From contig JWZX01003400.1 of the NCBI GenBank assembly GCA_001275005.1, positions 1 to 46,023 of the forward strand: a DNA stretch of 46,023 nucleotides, in the 5' to 3' direction. A program made the translations under genes and the position numbers. Of the stretch, positions 1 through 11,847 are shown one piece after another. The notes under the pieces were generated by a model. It saw only the letters and a list, made by a program, of their open reading frames with translations. It was not told the DNA's origin and made no database searches. This DNA is from Chrysochromulina tobinii (Eukaryota). Numbering within the stretch: the stretch's first letter is position 1; every line of letters begins with the position of its first letter.

Positions 1-158
1 TGGAAAGAGTTTACAGCGAGGCCGCCGTGTTGCCACAGGACTTCGAGGATACGGTGCATGCGAGGCAGCTGAAGGCGTTGTGCAGAAGTGAGAAGAGTGG
101 GGCGAAGGATGAGTCGTCAAGGTCCGGGACGCTCACCTTCAATGGGACTCACGCGCAT
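1..158 (-). CDS. Possible 5' end of a gene running off the window start (candidate intron 69-136)
   Basis: Minus-strand ATG at 158 is followed by GAAG|GTGAGC ... pyrimidine tract ... TTCAG. No recognisable protein motif. Confidence 0.3.
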
Positions 159-476
159 CTGAACGCGGCGCGGCCGCGAGAAAAAGTCGAGTGGGGTCCC
201 GCATTGCGGGAGTTCGAAAATTTTGTCGGATCTCGTTTCACACCGGCGTGCAACACGTCTACAGACTTGCGTATATTACGTCTATTACCAGCTGTTTATT
301 ACTTGTACCAACGGATCATCAAAACTAGAGGTCCGCGACATGCACAGCACCGCGCCCTCCACGTTGTGTCTCCCACGGTGGTTGTCACGGTGGTTGTGGT
401 TGTGCATCCGTGCCGAGATGGGACGTCATGGCAATTAATCGTCGTGAACGTGATCGCGACATGCACAAGGTCCGGA

Positions 477-1113
477 TTACGATTTGCCATTACGCTCTGC
501 TGAGAGCTGTGGACTCGTGCCAAGGACGTGGGTCGTGGCGTGATTTGGATCCTCGAAGCCGTCAAATACGCTCGAGAACGGCCCGAAGCCGGTCACGCTG
601 TTGAACGAACACTCGATCACTTCGACGTTCTCCATGACGCGCGGTGCGCCAAGGCACCGTTTGAAGTATTGACCGTGACCCACGAGTGCGATCACAGTTT
701 CCTCTCGACTGGCGATCCATTCGTGAAGCTGCTCAATGCGCTGATCCAACAGCGATGGTGCAAAATACTCGCTCACCGTCCGTTCATACATCTCCTGCCG
801 CTCCACCAATGGTGGGCCGCGACCTTGGAAGATGGCGTTCGCAGTTGCGACTGCACGTTGCAGCGGCGAATGAGCGACCAGTGCGATGCCCTTATCTCTG
901 ACCAAAGAGGCAAGGCGCTCCCGCGCAGCACCCCAGCTGCTCCTGGCCTTCTTTGGACACAGGAGCATCGTAGCCCAGGCTCATGAGTGACCCGACCGCA
1001 AGGATGTCGCCACGTTGCAGCCGATGCGTGGTCACATTTTGCTCGCTCTGCGCATGGCGCACCAGGTAGATTGTCTTGCTGCTACTGCTCGTTGTCGTCG
1101 TGGCTGGCTTCAT
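477..1113 (-). CDS. Histidine phosphatase / phosphoglycerate mutase family protein, with a +1 frameshift in a G4 run at 931-934
   Basis: IYLVRHAQSEQN motif in ORF 892-1113. HSPLQRAVAT and LVGHGQYF motifs in ORF 477-968. Removing one base of the homopolymer joins them as ...GQEQLGAARERL... Confidence 0.85.
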
Positions 1114-1499
1114 GGTGCCCTGGGTAGGTGGTGGCTGGCACGCCTTTGTGATCTCGGCGAACGTCAGCGTCCGCGAAGTGGAGCCCCCTGTGAACAGTCT
1201 GTGAACTTCAGTCCTGTGAGCGTTAACACGACAGACGCGACAACCGGTGCTACGGCACTGTTACTGCCCGCTCAGAATACATACACCCGTGTGTCCTCTT
1301 GTGTCTTTTACCCGGTACCAGTCTCTGCTGACAACAGTAACAAGTTGACAAGTTGACTCCGACGCCGCGCACGCGTGATGAAAGCGCAAGGATGCCCGCA
1401 GTGGCCTTCGAAGTCGATAACAAGGATGCGATCACTGGTGCTCGGGTTATCTCCGGTTATCTCCGAGTTTGTTCTCCGATACACTGTACCGGTGCACAA

Positions 1500-2160
1500 A
1501 TGTCGGGCGCCTCGCATACGTGGGAAGAGATGTGGGCTTGCGGGGCTTGCGAAGGGTCAAGCGTTTGACGTGGGCATGCCCTCGCAAACGCTGATGGGCG
1601 CGCTCAAGCGGATGCCGAAACCTGCCGAGAGCACGCGTGCGTTGGTGCCTGGATGCGGCCGAGCGTACGACGCGCTCGCCTTGGCTCGCCATGGCTTCAC
1701 TAGCGTCCATGCGATCGACCTCTCCAAGACCGCGTGCGAAGCCGCCAGGGCCTTCCTTGACGAGACGGGCGACCCGTTGGCAACCAACGTGGAACTAATA
1801 TGTGCGGACTTCTTCGAGCACGACTGCAGCGAGGGCTATGACCTCATCTGGGACTGCACGTTCCTCTGCGCGCTCGATCCGTCCGTGCGCGAGCGATGGG
1901 CTGCGAAGCAGGCCACCCTGCTCAAGCCCGACGGCAAGCTGCTCACGTGCATCTTCCCAATCGGCACAAAGTCGGGCGGCCCACCTTACGCCCTCAGCGT
2001 CGAGCTCCTGAAGTCTCTCCTCCTCCCCGTCGGCCTCGCACCCGTCGAGATTCGCGAAGACTTGCCCGATGACGAGCAGCATCGGCCAGGAGGAGCGTTG
2101 GCCACCAGTTCGCCGTTTAGAACCGCTGTCGGCACTTGGATGCCCACATCTGGACGATGA
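1500..2160 (+). CDS. SAM-dependent thiol/halide methyltransferase (TPMT / HOL-like), with a +1 frameshift in GGGG at 1542-1545
   Basis: Motifs RALVPGCGRAYD, ADFF, YDLIWDCTFLCALDPSVRERWA and GGPPY are typical of TPMT/HOL enzymes. The N-terminus MSGASHTWEEMWACG joins LAKGQAFDVG after a one-base deletion. Confidence 0.85.
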
Positions 2161-2535
2161 TCTGCCTGTGTGTTTGCGTTGCACCGTGCACGTGATGAGC
2201 CTGAGTCTCCTGTCAGGCCATATTACCAAATTAAGGTCGTGTCAGAAGTGCCATCCACAGGTCAGGGGATCACCACACCACACAGAGCACAGACGTCAGA
2301 CAAACTGTTCGACACGGGCCTGCTCAACAGTGTAGAGTGTTGATGTGTAAAACCGTATACCGTAGAACGCGTAAAAGGTAATAAACTAGAAATTGTCCAC
2401 ACAGACCACCTCAAATGCATTGCGGTCTTGGTTATTTTCCCCAAGATAGCATGGGGGCCTTGCTGTGGGCGGCCCCAGGTTTGGATCGCGCCGTTTCGGT
2501 GGATTTCCCGGAGGGGGATTTTGTTCGCCCTCTCG

Positions 2536-3345
2536 ATGGCTGCGTTGGCCCTGCCGCTGCCACCAGCGTTTGTGGCGCTCAACAGCTCAGCAGGCGTGGA
2601 GATGCTCGACGCCGTCACGACCATGAAGGTTTCCTACGACCAGGCCGCAATCCACATGGTTTCGCAGATTGACCAGCATAGCTGCGGCAGGGCGAGCGCG
2701 ACTATTGTGCTCAACGCGCTCGCACCGCAATCGGCCCCGGTGGCGCCCGCTTACGCGCCATACGCTTACTGGACCCAGGACAATTACATCGGCGACGCTG
2801 GCCAACGCACTCCGGTGCAGCAGTGCGTCGCCAGCAACTGCACCGCACCGTGCAGTCTCGACCAAGAGGTAGGAGCGCTTAACTGCGTGCAAGGGCTGAT
2901 CGCGGTAGCGCATCACGCGGAAACGATCGGCAGCGCCGCCACCCTCGAGGCGTTGATCCGTGGCGTCGTCGGCAAAAGAGAGATCATGATCGTGGCCAAC
3001 TTTGCCGGCGGCGAGGCGATGCACAACCTGAATCACAGCGGCCACTTCTCTCCTATCGTCGCGATCACGGCCGACACGCCTGCCATGGTGCTCGTCCTCG
3101 ACGTCTCGCGCTACAAGTACCCGCCGTGGTGGGTGCCCATCGACGTGATGTGGTCAGGCATCAACACTGCCAGCTCTGACAAGACCAGCCGTGGCATCTA
3201 CTTGGCATACAAGCACACAACTCCACCGCCGCCTGGCGTTTCTCTTGCACCGTCTGAGTCACCAGGTCCAGGTCCAGGTCCAGCCGATACTCCACCGCCG
3301 GGACCAAATCCGGCTGATAGTGTGTCACAGCACGTTGAACCATGA
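2536..3345 (+). CDS. Phytochelatin synthase-like papain-fold peptidase (catalytic domain only) with a Pro-rich tail
   Basis: Catalytic Cys/His/Asp motifs QIDQHSCGRAS..VLNAL, GHFSPI and VLVLDVSRYKYPPWWV. Start codon uncertain; the frame is open from 2428. Confidence 0.88.
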   Translation: MAALALPLPPAFVALNSSAGVEMLDAVTTMKVSYDQAAIHMVSQIDQHSCGRASATIVLNALAPQSAPVAPAYAPYAYWTQDNYIGDAGQRTPVQQCVASNCTAPCSLDQEVGALNCVQGLIAVAHHAETIGSAATLEALIRGVVGKREIMIVANFAGGEAMHNLNHSGHFSPIVAITADTPAMVLVLDVSRYKYPPWWVPIDVMWSGINTASSDKTSRGIYLAYKHTTPPPPGVSLAPSESPGPGPGPADTPPPGPNPADSVSQHVEP

Positions 3346-3992
3346 AGGAGCGTGTTGTGGGGCGCCGAGGCGGGCGGGGCGCGCGCTTTTGCCTTTGGGG
3401 CTTACCGGCGATAGAGTTTCCCGGTAACACCGTAAGCATTCCGATCAACTTTTGGCGCGGCCGCTGCGAATGGAAGCCACGAGACGTCTCGAGAGCGGAA
3501 GACAGGCGCGGGGTCCAAGTCCGCCACATGAAACGTTACTGTATATTGAGAGGATGTTGTTATTGATCGAATCGACGCGCGGCGGGTCGGACTGCTCTGG
3601 CCTCCTGCCGCGCCGGTCCCGTGACCCGACCCGCGGAACGCCGAAAGCGAGAAACTTTACGACCGTACGCACACAAGTCCACAAGTCTCAAGTGTGACAC
3701 GCGACGAAAACCCAAGCGAAGACGAGCCGGCGACACACCGGGCATCACAAATCCGGGAGCGGGACCGACGCGACGTCACCGCGCGGAGCGAGTACCGCGG
3801 AGTTACCGCAACAAAAAGACCGTGGACACTCGTTGAACCGTCGTTGAGTCTGGAAATATGGGGGAACGCCACGACAGCCATCATCTCACCTGCGGCTGCG
3901 CGGCAACGCGTTTCACATCCTGCGCCACCCTCTCGTGGTGCGGGCGCGCTCAGAAACCAACATGAGCTGGGCTACGGTGACCTTTGGTGAGT

Positions 3993-4161
3993 GAGAGCGT
4001 CGTAGAGAGCGCTGGATAGAGCGCCGTAGAGAGCGCGGTTAAGAGCGCCGTAGAGAGCGCTGTTCAGAGCGCCGTAGAGAGCGCCCTTGGGAAGACTCGG
4101 CCACGTAGCCGGGCGACGCCCTTATCAGGGTGACTCGGCCACGTAGCCGGGCGACGCCCGG
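3993..4161. repeat. Tandem ~24-nt repeat (agagcgccgtagagagcgc) x4 plus a 28-nt direct repeat (gactcggccacgtagccgggcgacgccc) x2
   Basis: Read directly. Overlaps the stop codon and 3' flank of the minus-strand coiled-coil gene. Confidence 0.85.
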
Positions 4162-6925
4162 GGCGGCGAGCTGAAGCCCCCATTCGGGTGAAGCCCGTCC
4201 CCTCCAAACGAGGGATTCCAATCTTCACCACGCCACGAGGTTGTCGATTGACGAAGCAGCTGAGGCGACTTGAGGCTCTCCTGATAGAGCAGCTGGCGCC
4301 CGCGCGCCTGATGAGGGAGCCCATTAGCATGCACACACAGGGATGCGCTCAGGGATGCAATCTGGGATGCAGTCAGAGATGCAAGCAGAAGCTCTCGTGA
4401 TTGCGATCATGATTGCGAGCAGCGGACGCGCGCGCACCGAGCCCGCAGCGATCGCTGCCGTGTGCAGCGAGCGCAGCCGCTCGATCTTCGCATGCAAATG
4501 GTTCGCGTCGGCCTCTCGATCTGCCTTGACTGCGCGCAGCTGCTCACTGAATTGGCTCGCCTGCTGCCGCTTCGCACGCGCCAGCGCCTCGAGACGATCG
4601 CGACTCTCTTTCGCTTCTTCCTCGCGCAGCTTCTGCAGCACGTCCATCTGCATGCGTTGCTCCACGGTGGTAGCCTCATGATGCCTTCGCAGCACCTGAT
4701 GAAGCAGGTCATCAGAGGCCATCAGAGTGGTCATCAAAGGGGGCGTCGCCTCATGGTGCCTTCGCAGCAGCACCTCGAGCTGCCCCTTAAGTTGCTCGAT
4801 TTGGGACTGCGCCTTGGCGGCGTCGTCGCCCATCGCTGTGCGCAGCTCCGAGAGGGTCTGCCGCAGCTCGGCCACCTGATGAGGGAGATCATCAGAGGCA
4901 ACCAGAGAGGTCATCAGAAAGGTCATCAGAGAGGCCATTTGAGAGGTCATCAGAGGGGCATTCGGCTCACCATCGCCTCGAAAACAGTCTTTTGATCAGA
5001 GGTCTCGTCCCTCGATTGACGAAGCTCAGCCTCGACTTTTGTTAGCTTGGAGCGCATGGCACTCGCCTCAGCCACGTACGCCTTCTCCTTCTGGTACCAC
5101 TGCGCGGCGTCCTCGTCGGACCGCTGACGCGCCTCAGCCAGCTCCTTAGTCAGTTGCAGTACCTCCGCGTCCAACCGACGCACCTGTGGGGACGGAGGAG
5201 GGCGAGGCGCCGTGGTGAGCGCATGCATGCACGCAGTACCTCCGCGGCCAACCGACGCGCCTATGGTCGAGCGCAAGTAGGGCCATCTGAGGCGCCGTGG
5301 TGAGCGCATGCATGCGCCTGTGGTCGAGCGCGAGTAGGGCCATCTGGGGCGATCCTATGCAATCTGGGGCGATCTGGGGCGATCTGGAGCGCGAGTAGGG
5401 ACATCTGGGGCGATCCTATGCAATCTGGGGCGATCTGGGGCGATCTGGAGCGCGAGTAGGGCCATCTGGGGCGATCCTATGCAATCAGTACTACGACGGC
5501 GTTCAGGCGGCGACGTCAAGGCGGCGGAAGTAGAGGCGACTCACCGCCGTGAGCCGTTGCCGTTGCAGCTCCTTGGACTCAGCATGCACTCAGCATGCAA
5601 TCAGCATGCAATCAGCATGCACTCAGCAAGCACTCAGCAAGCACTCAGCATGCACTCAGCACGCAATCAGCATGCAATCAGCACGCACTCAGCATGCACT
5701 CAGCATGCACTCAGCATGCACTCAGAGACGCACCGCCGTGAGCCGTTGCAGCTCCTTGGACTCGAGCGCCTCTTGCAGCGTGCGTGCGTGACGAGTGTGC
5801 TCCATCTCGGCGTGATCGAGATCGATGAGGAGCGCCGTCGCGAGCGCCTCCTGCTGTGCTGCCATCTTGGATCCGAGTACGCGCAGCCGTGTGACCCAGC
5901 CGGCCACGTCCGCCTCGTGCGCCTCCCTCGCCGCACTCGCTTCGACCTCAAGCTGCTGGGCTGATGCCATCAGCTTACCGGTCACCTTGGCAATCTGGCT
6001 GCAGATCGTGCGTGCCCGCAGCCTCGCCTCGCGCTCCTGCGAGGGATGCATTCGAGCAGAATTCGTCAGAGTTCGTCAGAATTCGTCAGAATTCGTCAGA
6101 ATTAGTCAGAATTCGTCAGAGTTCGTCGGGCGCCATCGGTCGTCATGCATGCAAAACGGCTGCCACCCATCGCAATCAGTGGCAGTCACGCACCGCAGGA
6201 TTGAAGCCCTTGTCGAGCTGTATGATCGACTCCGCCTGTGCGCGACGCATGTCGGCGCGCGCGCGCACGCAGTTGTTGGCGGCGAGATCGAGGAACTGCC
6301 AGAGCGAGCCCATGGTCGCCTCGCCGCGCTTCGCAAGGCTCTCGGGCTCCGTGGCAGCGAGGATCGCCTCGACAGCCTCGTGAGCCGACTCGCCGCGTCG
6401 CAGGTATGTCGCCACCTGCTCCGACGGGTGGAGCGAGCGCGAAGCCGACTTGACTCGCCAAAGCTCCTCCTCCTGCTTGATGGTGCGCTCGAGCAGAGCG
6501 TGGTTGCGCGCGCGCAGCTCCTCGTTCGCAACCTGCATCGCAGCGAGCTTGTCGGCGGAGACTGGAAGGCCAGGCCCGACGAGGAGCGAGGCCGGTTGTG
6601 AACTGGACCGCGTGAGGCGGCCGCTCGCAAGCGCTGATGCTGGCCGCTCCGGGGTGGAGAACCGCGTGAGGCGGCTGCTCGTCAGCGCTGATGCTGGCCG
6701 CGCCGTGAGAGATGCTCCGGAGCGGCCAGGGGTCCACTCGCCGGGAACCGCGGAGGTGCTTGGCGAGGGCCGTACCTCCTCGCCGAGCATCTCGCTCGCC
6801 ACCTTGTACGCCGCCGGCGTGGAGATCGCCATGAGGTGCGACGGTGCGTAGGGTGAGCCTGGCCGCACAAGCGTCGGCTCAGTCGACGCGGCATGCTCAG
6901 GACGTCGGCAAGGAGATAAACGCAT
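4125..6925 (-). CDS. Coiled-coil protein of unknown function, 6 exons: 6925-6194, 6036-5734, 5183-4971, 4875-4774, 4695-4438, 4307-4125
   Basis: Consecutive E/Q/L/A-rich ORF segments are joined by GT-AG introns, all phase 0, with exon lengths divisible by 3. The start could instead be 6832. Confidence 0.75.
5184..5733 (-). repeat. Intron with two minisatellite blocks, (CTGAGTGCATG)n and (CGCCCCAGAT)n, plus copies of both flanking exon ends
   Basis: Repeats at 5580-5725 and 5341-5485. Exon-end copy with a second donor at 5541-5580. Degenerate exon-start copy at ~5233-5262. Confidence 0.8.
6058..6127 (-). repeat. Intronic 10-nt tandem repeat (CTGACGAATT)n, ~7 copies
   Basis: gaattcgtca units on the + strand inside intron 6037-6193. 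Confidence 0.9.
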
Positions 6926-7100
6926 TGAGAGAGGGAAAAACGTTTCAGAGACGGCCTTTTCCAATCACCTAAAAATGGCGCTTCCCACTTTGCAAACATG
7001 GCCTGTGTCTTCTCACCTCAACCCTTGTAGGCAGTAAGTCCGCTCGCTGATTACGCCCCGATTAACGAACAGGGGGGAACACGTTAATTACTTGTCGGTG

Positions 7101-8171
7101 ATGACGTCTCTACCGATGGCGACTCCTTCCTCGATCTTCATGGAATCGGCCGACCTTCTTTACTATATGGTCGGTCACCTCGACTTCACGTCGTGCCTCG
7201 CCGCGGCCAGCGCGTGCAAAACACTTCGGCGCGCCATCACCGACATCACGGACGTCGACGTGGAGAAGCTCATCGAGACCGGCCGTCCATGGGAAGTCGC
7301 CGTAGCGGGGCGAATGCTGCCCCGACTGGCACGCCTCCATGGGTACGGCTTCGTGGTGGACGTGACCGAGGTCCGGGTCGCGATCACTGCTAAGGCTGCT
7401 CTCAAAGTGGTAGACGTGATCGCCATCACTGCCAAGGCTGCTCTCAACAGCTGCATCCCAGGCGTGACTGCTTCCCCGCCTTTGAAGCTGATGGTCGCAG
7501 CCGTTGCCTGTGCGGGCTCGGGCTCAGGAGTTGTTCGGGACATTCCGCTGCAGCAAATGCGGGAGAGCAGCGTCACGGAGCTCGACTTGTCCTACAAGCA
7601 GCTCGAGGGTCCGGCGGTCATACTCGTCGCCTTCCTCATCCCAGCGATGACAGTGCTGACCTCGCTCAACCTGAGCTCCAACAACATCGGCCCCGAGGGC
7701 GCCAAAGCACTCGCGCCGGCCATCGCTGCTAGCCCAGTGCTAGCCGAGTGCAACGTGCTCCACAACAACCTCGACATCGAGTCAGCCAAGATGCTCGCCA
7801 AGATCGGCACCGAGAAGGGCATCATGCTGTCCGGCATCAAACGCGGCCAGAAGGAGGCGGACTTTTACAAGCGGCGCCTCGGCCCAGCGGACGCCATCCT
7901 CATTGCGTCGGACATCCGTGCTATGCCGCTCCTGGCATCTCTAAATCTCTCCCAGAACCAGCTCTGCGGCATGGACTGGCACTACGGTTCTGCGGGCACG
8001 TACGTCGCCGAGGGTATCAATGCAATCGCTGCGGCCATTTGTGCTATGCCGGGACTCACCGACTGCGACCTCAGGTATACCGACATGGGTGAGGCATCAA
8101 AGACCTTGATTCGTGACGCAGTGAAAGGAAAGGCTGGGTTCAAGCTGGAACTGTGTAGATCCTACAGATGA
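7101..8171 (+). CDS. RNI-like leucine-rich repeat protein (NLRC3-like LRRs) with an F-box-like N-terminus
   Basis: LRR units VTELDLSYKQL, LTSLNLSSNNIGPEGAKALA, LASLNLSQNQL and LTDCDLRYTDMG. DLLYYMVGHLDFTSCLAAASACKTLR resembles an F-box. Confidence 0.8.
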   Translation: MTSLPMATPSSIFMESADLLYYMVGHLDFTSCLAAASACKTLRRAITDITDVDVEKLIETGRPWEVAVAGRMLPRLARLHGYGFVVDVTEVRVAITAKAALKVVDVIAITAKAALNSCIPGVTASPPLKLMVAAVACAGSGSGVVRDIPLQQMRESSVTELDLSYKQLEGPAVILVAFLIPAMTVLTSLNLSSNNIGPEGAKALAPAIAASPVLAECNVLHNNLDIESAKMLAKIGTEKGIMLSGIKRGQKEADFYKRRLGPADAILIASDIRAMPLLASLNLSQNQLCGMDWHYGSAGTYVAEGINAIAAAICAMPGLTDCDLRYTDMGEASKTLIRDAVKGKAGFKLELCRSYR

Positions 8172-8571
8172 GAATGACTCTGGGGCCGTGAACGCCGGGA
8201 AACATCTCAGCGGATCGTGGGTGAGCACATTCATCAGCTCGATGTCTAGCGAACAGCGAGTGCTCAATGCGTGCGTTCGTGGTCCGTGTTGACAGCGGAA
8301 AGTTATAACGTAATAGTTACGTAAAAGGTAAAAAATTCACATAAATCACTGTCCTTTCCGCCCGCCGGCTCACCTGACACCTCACTCACTCACTCACAAT
8401 AGAATGGTAAAGAAGCTAAGCCCAAGGCACATCCGCCTCTTCCATACAAATACTTGTAGGCGCTTCCAATTGCCACGCACAATGTGACCCGCGATCCTGC
8501 CCAACACGACGCTTTCGAAAAGAACTTGAAATTCTCCACCACCGCTGACGCCGAGAGGTTTGGCATCCAGC

Positions 8572-11524
8572 ATGGCGGCCGGCGCGGGCGACCACTTGAT
8601 GCTCTCGCGGCTTGGCCTCGGCGAGGACAATGCAGAAAAGGCCGGCTCCTCCACCTTGCTGCTGCATGAGAACGTGGTAAGCTTTCTACACCTCCGTAGC
8701 CCGCCGATATTGGCACCTGGCGTTCGCGCCTGCCTGCGGGCCACTGGCGGCTATTGAGCAGCCATCTCGCTCGGGACACCTCGGCCGCGCGATGGGCCGT
8801 TGCCTTGACTCACCGGCCACCCGTGTGCTCCGCTCGCAGGTGAACGCAATCACCTTCTTGAGTAATGGGCTGCTTGCGACCGCCGCCGGCAAGCAAGTCG
8901 CCTTGTGGGACGTCAACGCTTGCACGATTAAGCAGCAGTTGAATCACGAGGGGGCGGTGCGTGTGCTGCACGCGCCGGCGCGCTGCTCCACGGCCCCGCG
9001 CAGCGTCCCACCTGATCGCTGTCGCCGCTCACCCTGAAGTCCTCGCCCTGTGCCGCGCAGGTCAACGCGCTGCAGCTCAACCATGATGGTTCTTTACTGG
9101 CCACGTGCGGCAACGACAAAAAGGTGACGACGTGGTCGATGCCCGATGGGCACAAGGCCAAGGAGCTGCCGCTCGACGGTTGGATCAAGGCCGTCGCCTT
9201 TTCGCGCGGCGGCGAGATGCTTGCCGCGGGCGGCGCGACCTCGGCGGTGCATGTGTGGGATGTGCCCTCGTACGCGCATCGGCACGCGCTGCCGCATGAG
9301 GGGACGGTGAACGCAGTGGCGTTCTCTTCGGACGGGTCCAAGCTGGCGAGCGGCGGAATGGACAAGTGCGTGCGCGTATGGGACACGGCCACAGGCGCGG
9401 CCCTCCACGAGCTCTCGCACGACGAGTACGTGCTTTCCACGAATGTTCCCTGGCGCCTGATGGTCTCCTGATGACGCCTGATGACGCCTGATGACGCCTG
9501 ATGATGCCTGATGATGCCTGATGACGCCTGATGGTCTCCTTCATCAGGTACGTGCTGTCGCTCGCTTTCGCGCCGGCGATGCATCAGGGCACGGGGCTGC
9601 CGATGATCTATCCTCCGATCCTAGCGTCAGGCGGCGGCGACCGGAGAGTCTCGATTTGGAACGTGCAGACTGGGGAGCTTAAGTCCTCTCTGCAGGTGAT
9701 TGCACTTGATTGCACTTGATTGCACTTGATTGCACAGGTCTCGATTTGGAACGTGCAGACTCGGGAGCTTAAGTCCTATCTGCAGGTGGCGGCCTCGCAT
9801 CTCCTCAAAGTGCCTCCCTATTTGCCCCGCCTTGAGTGCCTCTCTCTGATGACTTCTCTGATGACCTCTTTGATGATCTCTTTCTGAGTGCACTTGAGCT
9901 CGAGTGCACCCTACAGCGCGACTCGACCGTCTACGCGCTGCGCTTCTCGCCGGCCGGAGACCTTCTCGCCTCGGGCGGCGGCGACAAGCAGGTGTCGCTC
10001 TGGTCTCGCCACGGCCGGCTGCTCTCTGAGTCACCGGCGCTCGACGGCGCGATCAAGGCGCTCGGCTTCTCGGCATCGGGCACCGACGTGGCATGCGCCT
10101 CGGGGAAGGAGGTGCGATCTCAAGGACTGAGGATTGCCTCTTGATGACCTCTTGATGACCTCTTGATGACCTCTGATGACCTCTGATGGCCACCTTTATC
10201 AGGTGCGGCTGTACACTATCTCGGTCGACACGGGCACCGGCGAGGCACGTCTCAAGCCGCACATGAATGAGGAGATGAGCCGCATCGTCAACCTTCCCTT
10301 GCTGCGCGCGACCAAAGAAGGCGACCTTGAGACAGTAGATCATCTTCTCGAGGTGGGCATGGTCGACATCAACTTTCCAAACCAACACGGCGACACGCCC
10401 CTTATCCTCGCGTGCTGGTACGGGCACAAGTACATCACCGCGCGACTGCTTGACAATGGCGCGCTACTCAACCTCACCAACTGCGACGGCAACTGCGCCC
10501 TCAACGTGGCCGCGTACCGAGGCAACGCGGAGGCGGTCGAGATGCTGCTGCGTCACAAAGCCACTGTTGACGTGCCCGATAACATGACTGGCAAGACCGC
10601 GCTCGTCAAGGCGGCGTACGTGGGGCACACGCCGACCGCGATCAACCTGCTCGACGCCAAGGCGAATGTGAACCATGCGGACACGCAGGGGTACACCGCA
10701 CTCGCGTTCGCCACGTCCTTCAACCACGAGTACATGCTGCAGGTGCGCCCATGCAAACTGATGCCTGCTGATGACGGCTGATGACGGCTGATGACGGCTG
10801 ATGACGGCTGATGACGGCTGCAGGTGCTCCTACACCCACTGATGGCCGCTGATGGCCGCTGATGACTGCTGATGACCGCTGGTGACTGCGGCAGGTGCTC
10901 CTACACTCGGGAGCGGACCCGAATCTGCAGGACGTCTTCGGTATCACGCCGCTCATCCACGCCGCCGCGCGGGGCCGTCTTGAGACAGTACAACTGCTGC
11001 TGCAGCATGGCGCGCGACCGCTGCTGGTCGACTCGGAGGGGAAGACGGCGCTCGACTATGCCGAGAGCGCCAACTTCCAGGAGATTGCGAGCGAGCTGCG
11101 CGATGCTGCCAGGCTCTCGGACTCGATGCCGCCCTCGCCCTCTGTGAGCATGGGAGCCGCCATGGGCGGCATGGGCTTCAGCGCCGATGGGTCGCCGACG
11201 ACGCCGCGCATGACGCCACGCGCGCCCATGGCCCACGACATCCGCAACGGCATCCTGACGCCGCGCGTGCCAAAATCGGGGGGGGGCGACATGACCGCCC
11301 GTCGGCTCTCTTCGGAGAGTCCCCTCGGCTCCCTCGGCTCCCAACCTCGCTCGCCCTCCATTATGAAGGAGCAGCTCTCTCCGTTGCCCCGCGACACGCT
11401 CACCTCGCTCTCGAAGAAGCTCGTGCATCTGTCCATCATGCTCGAGCAAGACACGGTGCTCTCAGACACCTCATACCCCTCCTTCCAGCTCGACAGCGGA
11501 CGGAAGAGCTACCGCCGACGCTGA
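8572..11524 (+). CDS. WD40-repeat plus ankyrin-repeat protein, 7 exons: 8572-8676, 8840-8956, 9061-9425, 9548-9695, 9917-10111, 10203-10742, 10895-11524
   Basis: WD40 repeats (HEGTVNAVAFSSDGSKLASGGMDKCVRVWD) are followed by ankyrin repeats (GDTPLILACWYGH, GKTALVKAAYVGH, GITPLIHAAARG). GT-AG junctions give one continuous frame. Confidence 0.85.
9457..9538 (+). repeat. Intronic 10-nt tandem repeat (CTGATGACGC)n
   Basis: Read directly inside intron 9426-9547. Confidence 0.9.
10768..10886 (+). repeat. Intronic 10-nt tandem repeat (CTGATGACGG)n interrupted by a copy of the acceptor and exon start
   Basis: gcaggtgctcctacac at 10820-10835 duplicates 10891-10906. Confidence 0.9.
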
Positions 11525-11566
11525 GGGGCCGACGCTCAACCGCTCGCCCTCGCTCGCATCGTGCGC

Positions 11567-11847
11567 AATCTCCACAGGGGACGAGATGGCGATCTCCCCA
11601 CAGGGGACGAGATGGCGATCTCCATAGGGGACGAGATGGCGATCTCCCCAGGGAGCGGGTTCGGCGACGGTCGTGACGACGGTCGCGGCGGCGGTTGCGA
11701 CGGTCGCGGCGGCGGTTGCGACGACGATTGCGGCGGCGGTTGCGGCGGAGGCGACGGTCGCGGCGGCGGCGACGGCGGTTGTCTGACAGAGAGGTCCTGA
11801 TGAGACTGGACGAGACTTGACGAGACTGGACGAGACTTGACGAGACT
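11567..11847. repeat. Cluster of three tandem repeat types downstream of the WD40-ankyrin stop
   Basis: (ggggacgagatggcgatctcc..a) x3, (gcgacggtcgcggcggcggtt)n and 10-nt (gacgagactt/g)n. Confidence 0.8.

Noticed and set aside
931..1545. Programmed ribosomal frameshifting
   Set aside because: No heptameric slippery site or evident stimulatory structure; homopolymer error is simpler.
3342..3990. Short ORFs between the PCS-like gene and the coiled-coil gene
   Set aside because: No motif or consistent coding signal.
7378..7447. 28-nt in-frame duplication (AITAKAAL x2) in the LRR gene as a proto-intron
   Set aside because: No AG|GT within the duplicated segment; treated as an ordinary coding duplication.
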